Origin: the human T2T-CHM13v2.0 reference genome, Homo sapiens
Direction: 5' to 3' (one strand)
DNA: 64,000 nt
Assembly: GCF_009914755.1 (NCBI RefSeq)
Contig: NC_060931.1
A program made the translations under genes and the position numbers. The notes beneath the pieces were generated by a model. The model searched no databases and was not told where the DNA came from. It saw only the letters and a program-made list of their open reading frames with translations. Positions 13,291 to 27,499 of the stretch are shown here, piece after piece. The first letter of the stretch is position 1; each line of letters starts with the position of its first letter.

Positions 13291-13512
13291 TCATTATTTG
13301 CCTTCTCACAGGCAGGCGTGCCACAGTCATTTTACTGAAGCTGCTTCAGTGGGTCCTGAATTAGGCCCTGTCCTTTGGGAGAGACAGTCCTGGTTCAACA
13401 CACAGCTCCCTGCCCAGGGCAGCTTGGGAGTGTGGGCCAGTTTCGCCTTTAGAACCACAATTCTCTGATATGTGCAATGAGAGAATTAATTATAGACTCA
13501 AAGGATTGCATG

Positions 13513-13921
13513 CAGACACACACAGATACAAACACATACACACAACACACAGAGTTACACACAGACATGCTCACAATACACAGAAATACACACAGACACA
13601 CGCACACAGCACACAGAGATACACACAGACACACACACACACACACAGACATACGCACAGATGGGCACACACAGAGACACACTCACAGAGACACACAGAT
13701 ACACACAGGCACATACACAGAGAGACATACACACAGCCCACAGGGATACACACAGACACACAGAGACATACCTACAACACACAGAGATACACACAGTCAC
13801 ACACAGAGAGACATACATACAATACACAGAGATACACACAGAGACACAGATACAGACACAGACAGACATACACACAGACACGGGCACACACAGAGACACA
13901 CAGACACACACAGGCACACAC
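13513..13921. repeat. ~400-bp degenerate (CA)n/(CAGA)n simple repeat
   Basis: Recurrent acacacagagatacacacag sub-units. This explains the H/T/Q/R- and V/C-rich ORFs in the track. Confidence 0.95.
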
Positions 13922-13925
13922 GTGC

Positions 13926-13999
13926 AGATAAGGTAATATTAGCTAGTTCAGGAGGAGAAAGAGATAAAGATAAAGTAATATTAGCTAGTTCAGGAGGAG
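13926..13999. repeat. 32-bp direct repeat, period 42
   Basis: agataa(g/a)gtaatattagctagttcaggaggag at 13926-13957 and 13968-13999, one mismatch. Confidence 0.9.
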
Positions 14000-15024
14000 T
14001 GAAAGAAGCCTTGTTTTTCTCCACTTTTTATAGAAGAGAAAGTGAAGATTCGATTTGAGGTGAGTTCAGCACAAAAGCGTATCCCAGGCCCTCTGGCTCC
14101 AACTGCAGCCCTTTCTACCTCATTCCCAGACCCCACCTAAGCCTTTTCTCTTCAAAATCTTCTCAGGCACACTGATACACATACCTCAGATTTTTAATTC
14201 TCCGGTTGTGTTCACCAGGTGCTTGGTCATGATTAAGAATTCCGTGATGTGTACCCCATGTGTTTAAATTTGCTGCTGAGTTAACTTTGTGGCGGCCTGT
14301 GGACTAGACCTCTGCACATGCAATGCAGAACGGCAGGGCCAGATTTGAAATCCTGCTATCTTTTCGGCTGCCTTGTAAAAATAACATCAGGCGATGGGGA
14401 TACGATGCCAGAGGTCACCTGTGATAAGTTCTGTTTATGGCCATTTTACTTCTAGGAAGACAGGAAGTGTCAGGATCTCAGGGATCTAGGAAGCCAAAAT
14501 GTTTTTCCACTCTGAAATAAAGTGACTGACCAGGAGTTCCCGGCCACGCAGCCCTGTGGGAACTGCCGCACGGCCACTTTTATGAAGTGGACACGTGTTG
14601 GTCCCACTGAAAAGAAACTCCCCACCCATGGCTCCCTCACGCTGCAGCAGAGGCCCTGCCACAGCACCTGTCAGCCCCTGCCAGCTTGCAGGGGCGCAGG
14701 CGCAGAGCGGTTTGTGCCCTTGCTGGAGCCAGGGAAGGGCACAGGGTCCCTCCTGGAGTCATGGGAGGTGCAGCCGAGGTTCTATATTAAAATACAGAGG
14801 CTAGCACATGTGCTTGGGGAATGCAGCTACAGTAGTGGAATGAAAGTGCTGTCCGTTCCTTACCCCCCCAGCTCCTCACCTGTCCTCCACACGCATATCC
14901 CTGGCTCCCTTTCCCTAGTAAGGAGACTGAATTGAAATTGTGGCTTGCCCGAGGCTGCATACCTGTGCTCTTTCTGAAGCCCAAGTCACTGGCTCTAGAA
15001 TTCTAACCTGTGAGGAAGCCACTG

Positions 15025-15135
15025 AGGATGTTTGTCAAAATACATATTTCTGTGCCTTGCCCCAGTTCCACGGCCCAGGAATCTGCAGTTTTCACAAGCA
15101 CCCCCAGGTGATTCTGGTGGTGTCTTTGCACTTCT
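15025..15135. mobile_element. MER5-type DNA transposon fragment
   Basis: ggcccaggaatctgcagttttcacaagcacccccaggtgattctg. Confidence 0.6.
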
Positions 15136-18100
15136 TCAAGGCCTGGAACGCAGAATCCCAGCCTCCTCTATCCTCCTTGCCTAATGGCCTGGATGCTCTC
15201 AGATCTACAGGGGAAGGGAAGGTCACACAGTCATCGCAATAGTAACCTCAGCTGATAAATCCTCCCCCATAAAACTTATTCCCCAGTGTTTTTTAATAGG
15301 AAACAATAAAACTGTAACCAGCCCAAATATCCATCAAAGAGAAAATGGAGAAGTAAATCATCGCACATTCACCTGGACCAGATCTATTGTAAAGCCAATA
15401 ATACTGAAGCCCCTTCCAAGGCCCTGGGAGTCCTAACAGTGCACTGGCAGTGTCTATAATTTATATTATGAAATTTGCATAAGGAAAACATTTTGTCTCA
15501 TTTGTGCAATTTCTCCTTCTAAATATACGTGTCACTTTGTACCTGATTTCTATAAGACCCAGGACCTACAAACCCTGTGTCTGCCCCTGCAGCCACCCAG
15601 GGAAGGACTGCACAGCAGCAAGACAGATTGCCATGGAGCATGTTGTGCCCAACTAGGGACAGCGCAGATAGATTCTGTAATTTGCCTAACAATGTCTATA
15701 GGATGATCCCATTTGTCAAAAAAAAAAAAGAACTGGGCTTTATTGATGTCACCTAAATGCACCTAAACTTCTTTTTTGCCCCATGCTCTTCTGTACTCTT
15801 GATCTTTCCCCAAATTTTTAAAAACATGACACTCATTCCCTTATTTTTCCTACTTAGAAAAGTGTAGATGGTTTTATCATAGGAAGTTCAAAAAAATTAA
15901 AATATAATGAAAAATACTCAAATAGTGCCTCACAACAGTAACTACTGCTAACATAAATAAAATCCATATTTCCTCTCATACAGACCCCAGAGTTGCTTTG
16001 CCTGACAGTGTAGTTGATGGAGAAAATAATCTTTATCCTTAGCCTCCATCTGGTTGCAGACCATAAAGACAGGGAAAAAATGAGGGTGTTGGTAGCTTCG
16101 TTAGAAACTGAAAGCTCACTGATTTTTTCAAAACCTAAATAGCCTGTGTTTCTCCAAATAACTAATTTGCAGCCTTCGGCAGCCAGGACTGGCAGGGATG
16201 GGGCTAGGGGGACTGGGGAGAACTGCTCTCTCCTGAGGGTGGTCTGACCCGACAGCACGCATGACCTTCCCACAGTCAGGAACTGCTCAGAGACGTGATG
16301 GCAACTCCATAGAATGAAATACTCTTCAGCCAGTAAAATGTATTTTTGGATAAATATTTGCTTTAAAAAACTTTACTATATGTTGTTAAATGAAAAAAAA
16401 ACCTTAAGGCATCAGAAATTATGTGCAGTAAAATCTCACTTTTGTAAATAAATATACCTGTTTACTACGTATGCATAAAAAGAATCCTGAGAAATATAAG
16501 TACTGTATGCATATTGTTGTTAAGTATTTTTTCTGTTTGCTTATCTATAATTCTAATTTTGCTTCAAAGAACAAGTTACTCCGGCAATATAAAAATAAAA
16601 TAACTAATTTGTCTTGTCATCAAACAGATAGTAAGAACAGGCAAACCTGGCCCTCCACACTGCCAGCCTTTTGTGATTCAAGGCTTCAGTTTCCTCCACT
16701 TGTTAAAAAGATTCAACAAAGTAGTTGAAATAGTATGTGAACCAGTAAACCCTAAAAGGTGTCCAGTGTTGTCTGTGAGCTAATTAAGTGATTTGATTCT
16801 GACTCCCCGAGTCTTCTGATTTCGAAGCAGTGGGGAGTCAGACAGGAGCCTCAGGTGGCCTCTCCTGAGAGGCCCTGGAAAGTGATGAGAACCTGGCCTC
16901 TGGCAGCTCTTCATAAACGTCCATGTTTTCCCTCTACTCTCTCACTCTTTTCCCAGGGCCTCAAACAGAAGATGAAAATCAATTTCTAAAACAGCCCTCT
17001 GTGTGCTCTCTCGTATCTCTCCTTTTCACACATCGTGGTGGTGGCTTTCTCTGTGTTCCTCTGTTGATTCAGTCTCTGGAATTAACGGATCAGGATTCCA
17101 TGCCCAGAATGCTACAAAGACTGTGCTTGAGTTCTCCCACATCTCACTCAATTACACAGAAGTTTCAGATTATGTAACAGATGCTGTGCTGGGTTAGGCA
17201 GAGCCATCTGACTTGTTTTGCTTTATTTTAGACCATGAGATGGGTGAGTTTTTCTTTTTAATGCCACATTCTTTTAAGAATTAAAAACCTCCACTTGGCT
17301 GTCAGCATTGGAAATCAGAGTGATGGTGCAAGCCCTGATGAGGACAATGTCCTTGTCTATGAAAAGGTGAAATCATTGCTTGAAATCGCTAAGCAGGACA
17401 TGCAGTCCCAGATGGAGGGGGGAATTCGGGAGCTGGTTGGAAAAGAGTATTTGGCACTTTGCAGCCTTGAGAGGTGCAGAAGAGACACCGAGGGGTTCAC
17501 CACCAGAGCCACCATTGTCAGAGAGGCGTCCAGCTGTGTCCACCTGGGACTCTGCCTTCAGGGCTTCTTGCCTGGCTGGGAGCTGCACAGGCAGACTCCT
17601 GGGACGGTGTGCCGACAGCTCTGGGCACCCCCTTCTAGGATCTGATTCCTGAGGAATCACAATGTGGATTTCACAATCACTTCCAGTGTCTTTTGCCAAC
17701 CTCTGTGAACAGATGTGCAATTAAAAAAAAAAAAAGAAAGGGGCCCAATTCTCAACACTGTAAGTGGAAACTTTTTAATGGAAAAGGATAGGCTAATGAA
17801 TTGAATTTGAAATCTGAGACAGAACCGATGCATCAAATGTGCTGGTGTTTACAGATAATACAAGGGGGGCTGCATCTTATGGTTTCAATCCTTTTTTAAA
17901 TTTTTGTTCTGAGAGACCCAGCCAGCAGACTGCCGCCAGTCTTGTCAGAGATGTCAGTGGTGGCCACTCTGAATGGAAAGCAGCATCTCTCAGCATCTCT
18001 GAGGCACTGCTCCTCAGCGGAGACTGTGGTGGCTTTGCCTTTCAGCACGCATCCTTTCTACGATGCCTGACAGTGCCCAGGGAATGGGCAGAGCTGGGAG

Positions 18101-21100
18101 CTCTGAAGCCCTTTCACCTAAACCACCCTGGGTCACCTGACCTAGTTTTCCTCCCAATTTTAATTATGTCAGGCACTTCACAAAGGCCTCCTTGGGGACA
18201 CCATGAGCTCACTGTCATCAGATTGCTCCAATCACAGCTGTGGCTTGCACACAACCGCCATCTCTGCCCCAGCAGATGCTGTGTGTAAACAGTTGTATTA
18301 ATTACATCTCAAAAACATGGTTCTTGCCAGATCCTCAGGATTTGGGTGCAGCCTCTGAGGTGGGTGGGAGGCCCTCGAGGGAGAAATGTCTGCAGGAAAT
18401 TCTTCCCCTACGAGAGGTCTGTTTTCTAAGTTATCTAAGAGCTACTGCAGCTGTTTACTGCAGAGTGACCCTGCTCAAAGCTGTGGTCACCCAAGGCTTT
18501 GAAAGGGGACCTCCACTTCCGCCCTGGGTGGAGCACCGTGCTGGAGACCCACGCCTGCCAAGGCCTCATTGTCATCTCCACACGCCGTCCTTGGGGTGGG
18601 CCACTCCTGGGACACGCAGACAGGAAGCCGGCCACCTGAGCCACTCGGAGGCTCTATCCAGAGTCAGCTGCCAAGCCTCACGTCACACATCACTGTTAGT
18701 CTTGGAGGGCTGGCGGGGCCCTGAAGTCAATTGAACACTTGGATGACAGGGAACTTGCCACTGCCAGAGGCAATATGCTCCATTTTTTTGACAGTTCCAA
18801 CAATTTTTCTTTAAACTGTCATAAAAAATTGCTGCTGTGAATACCAGTGTCGGCGTCCCTGCCTCACCTTTACCTGGTGCTTTTCCACCACACAAAACTG
18901 TTTCTCCTCGTGCTGGCCTTGGGCTTGCAGACAGCTGATTCTTCTCCTCCCGCGGCTGAGCAGCCTCCTCCGAGCAACCCTCTGACAACTCTGCTCCTTC
19001 TGACAACCTCTGCAAGGGCTGCCAGATGTGAACAAGGGGCCCGGGCAGAAGGTATCCAGGAAGACTGGAAACTCGAGGAAGCCTGCCCTGTCCTGTCCAC
19101 CAGACTTTACGCTTGCGTCACTGGGCTTTGGGACCTAAGTCCTCGTCATTTGTTCCTTTTGCAGTTCCTACTGTTCTCAGCACTTCCTTCCAGCTTACTG
19201 AGGTACACTCAGATGTGATATGCCATCGGTACAGACACAGTTCTGCTCCAGCATTTCCCCGTGTTCTTTCTGTCGCTCTATTTACTGAATTACCGTGAGG
19301 ATGTGGAGCGAGGCTGAGTTCTGTATTTTAACACCATTTTAATTCTCACCTACTGAGAAATCCATCCTCTTATCACTGTGCTTTTTTTAACCTGTCACGA
19401 ATCCATGAAATCCTATCAGCCAGCCTGCATACTTCCTTTTAAGGTGCAGTTGAATCAGGAGAAACTTGCCGCACATGCTGCGTCCGGGCACAGCATTGGC
19501 TGAGGCTGCTGCCCTGACCTGTCCGCTTTGTAGTACTGCCCAGCTATGAAACAGGTTAGCCACACATGACCTGCATTTAGGAGTAACAAGTCTGTCTGTA
19601 CATGCACATACAGCAACTTTTTTAAACTGTCTATATTTTTTCCTGAGATAGGTATTTATAATATCTCCATCTTCTTTCCCATTTTGAAACTTAGAACAAG
19701 TTTGCCTGTCAACAGTTCTCCACAGCATACTGTGTATTCTAGGATTTTCTAAGGTTGAGCAACGGAGGTTCAGCAATTTTGACTTAATTTCTTCCCATCC
19801 CTTTTCCACGCAGCCCAGAAGCCTTGGATCACGTGGTGAGGGGAAGAGGTTGTGCTATGTCGGGAAACTCTGTATCGAAGCTCGGCTCAGATCATGACAT
19901 TCTCTTGACTAAAACCCTCAGTTTCCATCAAACTTGTCACTCTGGCATTAAAGCCTGTCACTGTGTGGCTCTGAAAACCTCTCTGAACGTGTTCCCTGCC
20001 TCTGCCCTGCAGGTCCCTGTGCTCCACAGAAGCCCACTTATGTGACCCACCCCCACTCATCACCACCTTCCCTCACCCAGAGCCTCAGCTCCCCACTCCC
20101 ACCTGTAAGACCCCTACTGGAAAGATTCCCACCTGCCCCTCAAGATTAATCTCCAAGGACATTTCCAAATTCCTCTCCCCATCTCTCAGCCAGATGGCTT
20201 TGCTCCCTCCAGGAACCCCAGCCACCTTCGACCTCCAGCAGGGCACTCCACTCCACATTCTCCTGGTCTGTCTGGCTCATCTTACCTGAGCCATGCTCTC
20301 CAGGTGAAGGACTATGTCTAACTCAACTCTGCTTTAAAAGCAGCTAACACATTGCTCTTTGCATATTGTTCACTCACTAAGTTGAACTGGACTTGGACAT
20401 GCACACTGAACTGCAGCGTCTGCTGCTTCTTGGTGGCCCAGCTCGTCAAAAGAATAAGATTTCAGCAAAACAATGTAACAATTTTTTTTACCAAAAGTAA
20501 TGTTAACAATATATGGTTTTCCCCTGATGTTTGCGTCAAAATGCTTTTTGGAAAAAACATTTTTCAACTCTTTAGGGTCAGAATTAAGCAATGAAATTTA
20601 TATACCACATGTATAATGTGTATGTTTATCTAAGTATCTGTTCATTTATATATCTTAAATAGAAATTTTAAAAATTTTTTTAAAACTCCTGATAAACATT
20701 CTCAGGAGGCACACTATGTAACTGTTGGTTGATATACCTAGCTAGATGGTGAAATCAGATTTTGTTTAAAGCATGGAGGAGAGGGAAAAATTAAATCTTG
20801 CAGATTCTGCAGTCCTTAACATCTTTGAAAGAGGAACATTTCAGACAATGTAATAAGAAGGCCACGTGCTTTGACTTCTGTAGATTTTAAAAATACTTCT
20901 GTATAGTTTCTTCTTCCTTTGAAGAAGTTTGGGGAGTTTGGGAAGATGGAGAAAGATATAAGAATAGACTCCCCATATGGGTCATGAATTATCTTTTTGC
21001 ATCAGAACTCTTAGTGCAGTTTCAGTATTTTCTTCCTCAGGAGGGTGAGCTGCTTCCGAATGTCCTCCCCTTCTTTGAGGCATCCTCTGTTGGTGAACTT

Positions 21101-22304
21101 TGAGAGCATCCATTTATGAAGTTGATGACCTTTCCCAGTCTCTGCAAGCCCTTCAGTGTGTGTCCTCTCTGAGCAAATCTGAATTGTGTGCTTAATACAT
21201 GGAAAGGGATTTGGGAGGGTTGCTTTTTAAACTGATTTCTTAATTAATATTATGGTTTAGTTAACTAGACAGTCTCATTGCAGAAGTGCATAACCATAAT
21301 ATGTCTTCAAATATATCTCCCTTCCTAACACCCTGTAATATACTTTTGTAAAGATACCCTTACAGAATGTGATCCACCATTTATGAACCTGCAGCATTGC
21401 ATTCAGAGACTAAGTGAAAAGCTGGCAGATTTTCATTTAAAGCACAAGCTAAGGAAGAAAGCTGGTCTAGAAGGAGCTACAGAAGGGTAATGCTTAGGGA
21501 GGGAATGATGTGCCTGTGGGTGGTGGTAGTTAAATCTAACCAAAGAATGATGTCGTGGGTGTTTGGATATTGGATGGTCCACATTGGGCCACATTCTTTC
21601 AAACATAAGAGTCTGTAGAAATATGACCTGTAAAAGACTCTTAAATATTCTGGAAACTGTTTCTTCCTTGTCACATCCTTATATATACTTGAACCTATGC
21701 CTACCAGACATGACATGTGACTATTCATACAGATTTCATCATCTCTGGTTTAAGAATAAAGGATGCTGCATAGAAGGCTCACATCTTTTAATTCACAAGA
21801 CTGAAACTGTTCTGAAATGACATTGTTTCTAAAAATTCATTACTTGCATTATATTCATTTTTATTTTTCCATGCCAGAAGGGTAGAAGTTCCTGTGCTCA
21901 TATTAAGAAACAGCAATGTCAATCGAGGCCCAACTCAAATCCAATTTATAGGAGTTATAAAGGGCGTGTGCCTGTTTTGTCTAGAAGCAGTGTTGGGCAG
22001 CACTGAGTAGGATAGACCACCTGTTGCTACCGATAAAGGAGCAGCTTCTCGAATGCTCCTGTCTGGTAGGCACTATCCCGAGTGCTTTGGCCCCTCATCC
22101 ACAATCTGTGTGGCAAAAGGCATTGCAGGCAATTCAGTGAGGAGACCGAGGCATGGAGAGCAAGTGCCATGGAATTCCCTAAGGCCGTGCAGGGAGCAGG
22201 TTGCCAAGCTGGGTTGAAACCGTCCTCCGTAGGCTCCCAACTCCGCCGTCGCTGCTACTGTGCTGGATGATGCCTGGTAGATGCAGATGTGGAGCCCCAT
22301 GGAT

Positions 22305-22500
22305 TCTGAGACAGGCCGGGTTTCAGTCCTGCCCTAGCTGCCTATTGGCTGGATGACCTTGGCAAGTTGACTTTCGTGAGCCTCATTTGTCTCATCTCTC
22401 AATTAAGAAAACCTAGAGCCTATCTGTGGGGGTTATCTGAAGGATTCCAGGGATGCATATGGCACTGTCTACCGCATGCGGTAACTGTTTCACAAATGAT
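22305..22500 (+). mobile_element. MIR SINE
   Basis: gggtttcagtcctgccctagctgcctattggctggatgaccttggcaagttgac...gagcctcatttgtctcatct. Confidence 0.65.
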
Positions 22501-25500
22501 GAGGAGCGATTTATGTTCTTAGTGGAAATATGTCGGCGTGTGAAGTCCCAAAGCTCTGCCCTGCCTGGCTTGATCCAGTGCCTAGGCACTGCCCCTCTTC
22601 CCCTCTCTCCCAACCCACTGTAAGAGGCTAGGCTGCCTCAGTAACTCTGAGGGGCATTGACTCTTTTCATCCAAAAATTCATGTTACTGCCCCACATTTT
22701 TTCTGTTGTTTTACAACGCAGTAGGAAGTGGGCAGACTGTCAGGAAAAGTGATTTATAGTCATGTATTGCTTGTGCTTTGGCTTCATTTGATCCAATGCA
22801 GATCAGCTGCACTCAGAAAACTACTCAAGTGAAAGAGAAAAAGTAACTGAAGGGGGAAATCTGGATGAGTAAGAATTCCAGGGATAGGAATATTAATAGC
22901 AAGCTTTTTGCCTGATATAGTCACTTTATGCTGCAGGGGTGCCCCTTTATAAAGTGCTTGTACAATGGATGTTTGCTTTTGATTTTGGATTTGGAGTCTA
23001 ATGAATGTTCTAAATTATTATTAGAGGAGCTTGCGGTTGTTACATGTCTGCCTTTATTGCTTATTTTTAGCCATCTCCCCTGATGTCAAATGCTCAGGCA
23101 AGAATGATACATTCATTTATAATGTGGCTCCTTCAGAAATATACCACATACCTTTTGGTGTGGTTTGTGGCTGAGAAGAGTGGGGAATGCACAAGTGGAA
23201 AACTGCAGAAAGATTATGCCTTCATCACTTCAAGTATTTGAGATGAAACTAGATCATTTGCTGTTGCTTTTTATTCTCATTCTAAGTGCTTTTCAAAGTC
23301 AGCGCTAAGATTTTAAAATGGTTTTCTGTTGTTGGCAGAGAGGGAATTACTCTATTACTTTCTGATAAAACAGAGTCTTTCATGATCAAAGAGAACCAGG
23401 CTCTAGTAGTTCCAGTATCCTAACGTGGACACTAATTGTTTCCCTCCTTTTCTTCATGAAAACAGCTTCTGCACAAATGATAGCCTTGTGAACTAGCCAT
23501 GGGCACAACTGGAGAAGCATTTAGGGAGCTTTAGTGCAAATTGAGACCACCTACACATCTGACTCTACAGGGTTTGACAACATCCAGGGTGAATCACAAA
23601 ACATCAGTCTAATCAGGGCTTATATAGAAAGAGTGAAAGAACTCTGATTTCATCCTAAAGATTATTTATATTAACCATTGTTCCAAATGCATTAACTATT
23701 TTAATTTAGTTGTTTTGATTGTTAAAAAAAACACATCTGTTTGGTAGATAAGACATAATTTAAGACAAATGTTCTATTTGATAAGCTTTTAGAAACAACT
23801 TATTTTTATTCTTTCCTGTGAGATAACTCAGATGTGGAGAATGTGACAAAATTTTAAGCATAACATGAGAAGGGCTGACACACATAGATTTCTGTGTGCT
23901 TACTTGAAAACAACAAAATTTAAGAATTTGGTATAGGAGTTGTATCAGGTAGTGCAGAGTCCCCAGGAGACCTAGAGACCCAGGTCTGGGAGCCTAGCGG
24001 CAAGGGCTGAATGTGGGATGACATCAGCAGAAACTCACAGCCACTGCTATTCCAAAAACCCAGCAGCAGCTCAGTGCAGGGCAGTGCTGATAGTACAGTG
24101 CCTGCAATCCTGGAGTGGATTTGGATGTGTCAGGTACGCACACGCTCACTGCTCCCCCAGCAGTACGTTGAACAGTGTGCGTCCAGGTGTCTGTAGGGCC
24201 CCTCGCCCTAACTCACAAAACCATTCTGGGTCAGAAGCCACCAATATTGTCATCATCCTCCCTTTTCTGAGAACCCTAGTAAGTCCCTCCAGTGGGGCAA
24301 GCCCACCTTTTCCCTTCATTCTGTGGCAATATGCCTTCATTTCCTAATCAGTTTTGCCCTGCTCATTCAATGCAAAATGGATCTGCTTTCCTTGGGCACC
24401 AATATGTCCAGGGATTGTTTATCAATCTTCAGTTCTGTTTCCTTTACATATCCCTCCAAAAATCAGGCCTGCACTGCCTGTGCACTCCACAATCCACAGG
24501 CCTGAAGGAAATGTTATCTTTGATGTAGAGACTTAAAGTAAAACTATTCAAATTAATTATTTCATGCAAAAGGCTAGTCCTGACTCTAATTCTAAGACAT
24601 GTCTCCTAAACTCTGGAAGTCTGATGTATCCTATTATCAACATTTATCCTTAATGTGATGGTTTATCATTTATCCTCAAAGCTGCATTGTAAAATGTACA
24701 CTGTAAAGTGTACATTTTAAAGTCGGTTTTAAAAAATCATATTTAGAGATCCTGGTAAAAATCTATCAAGTCAAGACATTACCTTATTACCCATGGAATT
24801 GTCTTCAACTCTTACAGTTCAAATATTCCTGAATTGGCTTTCACAATAAACATCCTAAATATGTAAGTAGAAACATATATATTGCCAACTTTGTGCCTTC
24901 CCAAGCAAAATTAAAATACAGGAAAAGTCAGTTTGTTTTGCCCATAAATAAATATATGTGTGTGTGTATGTGTGTGTATACACATACACACTCAGAAAAG
25001 ATAGAAGCAGCAGCATATTTTGGCAGCATCTGGTTTATTGGAACTCAAACGTTCTGATTGTGCATACAGACTAGTTAATGTGGTAACAATTATGTATTTC
25101 TTCCCTGCTCCTTGCCTTCTTTCCCTCCCCAGTTTTTTTCTTCCTGATAGTAGGTGTGTACTTTTTTCCTATTTCCATTGGCAAGCCACATGACAAGCAA
25201 AACGATCACTCGAAGAATATTGTTCCCTCAATCAAGAAAAATGCCCATTGGGTTTTGTTATTTGATGTTATTTGATGACAGAGACCTATTGTTTTTCCAT
25301 TTTTCTTTTTTTGTTTTCCGTGGCACCTATGGAATTAAGCAATATAAAAAATCTATTATTTCAGATGTTCACGTCTAATGAATTTCATGTGAAATACTGG
25401 CAGTATAACCCCAAATAGAGGAAATTTGTGAAGAGTGGATGCTGCAGGGCATGAGACATCTGCACAGAGTTCATCTCTTCCAGCATCTTGCATGTCCCAA

Positions 25501-26573
25501 GCACTGCCCTGCCAGGCAGAGAATGCTGCAGATCACGGCAGTGAATTCCAGTTGTTCAGAGCACATTTGACTTCCAAATTCTCAAGGCCACAGATTTGAG
25601 GACAGAACAATATTTGCATTTGAAATTGGAAGATTATTTTTTGCACAAGTGCCTATATGCTATATAGAGTTTGCCCACTCTGCATTATCTTCCCCCTGTT
25701 CCCCCGTTATCTGGCACAAGCTATTCAAAAGACACGCCTACTTGTAAAATAAATGGTTTGCAAACTAAGGAAAATACTTAAATCTCATGTAAATGGTACT
25801 ATACTATGTATAAAAATGTGAAGAAACACAGAACAGCTCATGAACACCTCCACTGCTGTATAAAAGAACCATCTTTTTTCTGGCTCCTATTGGATGCCTT
25901 AGAAAAATCTGTATTTCCTCTTTAGTTATTGTGTTTGAAAGATGAAGTTGAGACAAAAGTTCTATTCTTTTTAAGTTGGCAGAACTTCTGAAAGGTGATT
26001 TTTAGCTGCAGTGTGACTCATTCCAAATGCAGAAATCTCTGACCCTGAGTTAGTCTATTTGTCATGCAAGAGCCTAGAAAAGCCCTGAGTGATAAGAAAT
26101 GGCCATAGGCCATTCCCACAGAATTTTCAACAAAAATAGAATCATGCTTATGTTCTAGTCATGACTTAGAACTTATAACTCATGTTCGGAACTGTCCATG
26201 TTCACGCACAGGGGCCGTATCACTCCGCCAGAGCTGCCCTGGGTGCCGGTGTGCAGAGGGGTCCGAGAGTGACTGTCTCTTCCTCTGTTGTCGAATGTGT
26301 GGGTTATCTCCATAAATGGCTGCCATGAGCATCCTTGTTCACACATTTTTAGGTACTTGAGTGAGTGTCTGTGGAATAATTTTGGGAAGTGAAATCTGTG
26401 GTCAGAGGTTTGTGAGTTTTACATGCTACATTTTCAGAAGTTGAGAAATAGCAGTAGGCTGAAGGCAAGTCGCCATGCCTGGAATTCATGAACACTAGTT
26501 GAAAGAACTGGCGTGAGTTAGTCATGACAGGAGAGATGGGGAAGGGAGTTGCAGGTAGGAGGGCCATCTTCAA

Positions 26574-26681
26574 ATTCTCAAAGTATAGTCACTCCAAACC
26601 AAAATTCGATTTAATCTGTAGGACTCCATTCTCAAAGCACAGTCACTCCAAACCGAAATTCGATTTAATCTGTAGGACTCC
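26574..26681. repeat. 54-bp tandem duplication (2 copies)
   Basis: attctcaaagYaYagtcactccaaaccRaaattcgatttaatctgtaggactcc at 26574-26627 and 26628-26681, 51/54 identical. Confidence 0.95.
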
Positions 26682-27499
26682 AGGTGGCAGAATAAGAGGC
26701 AATGGATGGGTGGAAGCGAAACAGGGCCAAAGTTTGACTTCATGTGCAACTTCCTAAGGAGTGATTTGAACTCCACAAACATGAACTAAGCACCTCAACA
26801 CAGGCTGGGCAAGTTGCTGTTCTTTTGGAGCTTACATCTTAGTGGGGAAAGAGAAATGCCTATGTAAACATATAAATCAGCAGGATACATTGTGAGGACG
26901 GTCATTGCTCAGTGAGACTGCAATAGAGTGATACGCTGGAGGGGGCTGCAAGGGAGAAGGTGGGAGGGACAGCATTTAGCAGAATGAGCAGCACAGTCCC
27001 ATAGGAAGAAGAATTTATTGCCTCCTTAGGCAAATAAATTCCCAAACCTTGAACATCAGAAAGGAAATAGATTAATGTGCACAGAGGATTAAATTATGTG
27101 ATCTGCAAAGTCATTTAAAATCTATTTCCACATAAAACATATTAATGCAACCTAAACAAAAGGGGTCTGGATACCCTCATCTTCTTCCCAAGCATCAAGT
27201 CTTTCTATAGTTAAACTGAGATGCTTTTATTCTTGGAAAATTTTAAGGACTATCTACAGCAATGGAAGAATCGGGTGTTGGGATGTGTTCCCAGGTAATA
27301 ATGACTGCAGGCTGATTTGGCCCTTGAGGTGTGGCCTCATGGCCCTCTCCAAAAAAAATCAAGGACCTGCTACAAAGCACAAAGCCGACTGCAATGCTTG
27401 CTGCTTACTGGTTAGGGCAGCTCCTCTTTGCCAGCGACCAAGCAGAAAGCAAGACAAGACAGGTTCTGAAGCAGTAATTCAAAGCCTTCCTCGCTTTCC

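Noticed and set aside
13449-14058. Several 75-193 aa ORFs rich in H/T/Q/R or V/C
   Set aside because: These are translations of the CA/TG simple repeat, which lacks stop codons.
26152-26172. Imperfect inverted repeat gttctagtcatgacttagaac, and 12-bp palindrome tagactagtcta near 53633
   Set aside because: Lengths are within chance expectation for 64 kb, with no supporting context.
26672-26692. Possible CTCF site (ctccaggtggcag)
   Set aside because: Matches only the 3' half of the motif, too weak to call without ChIP data.
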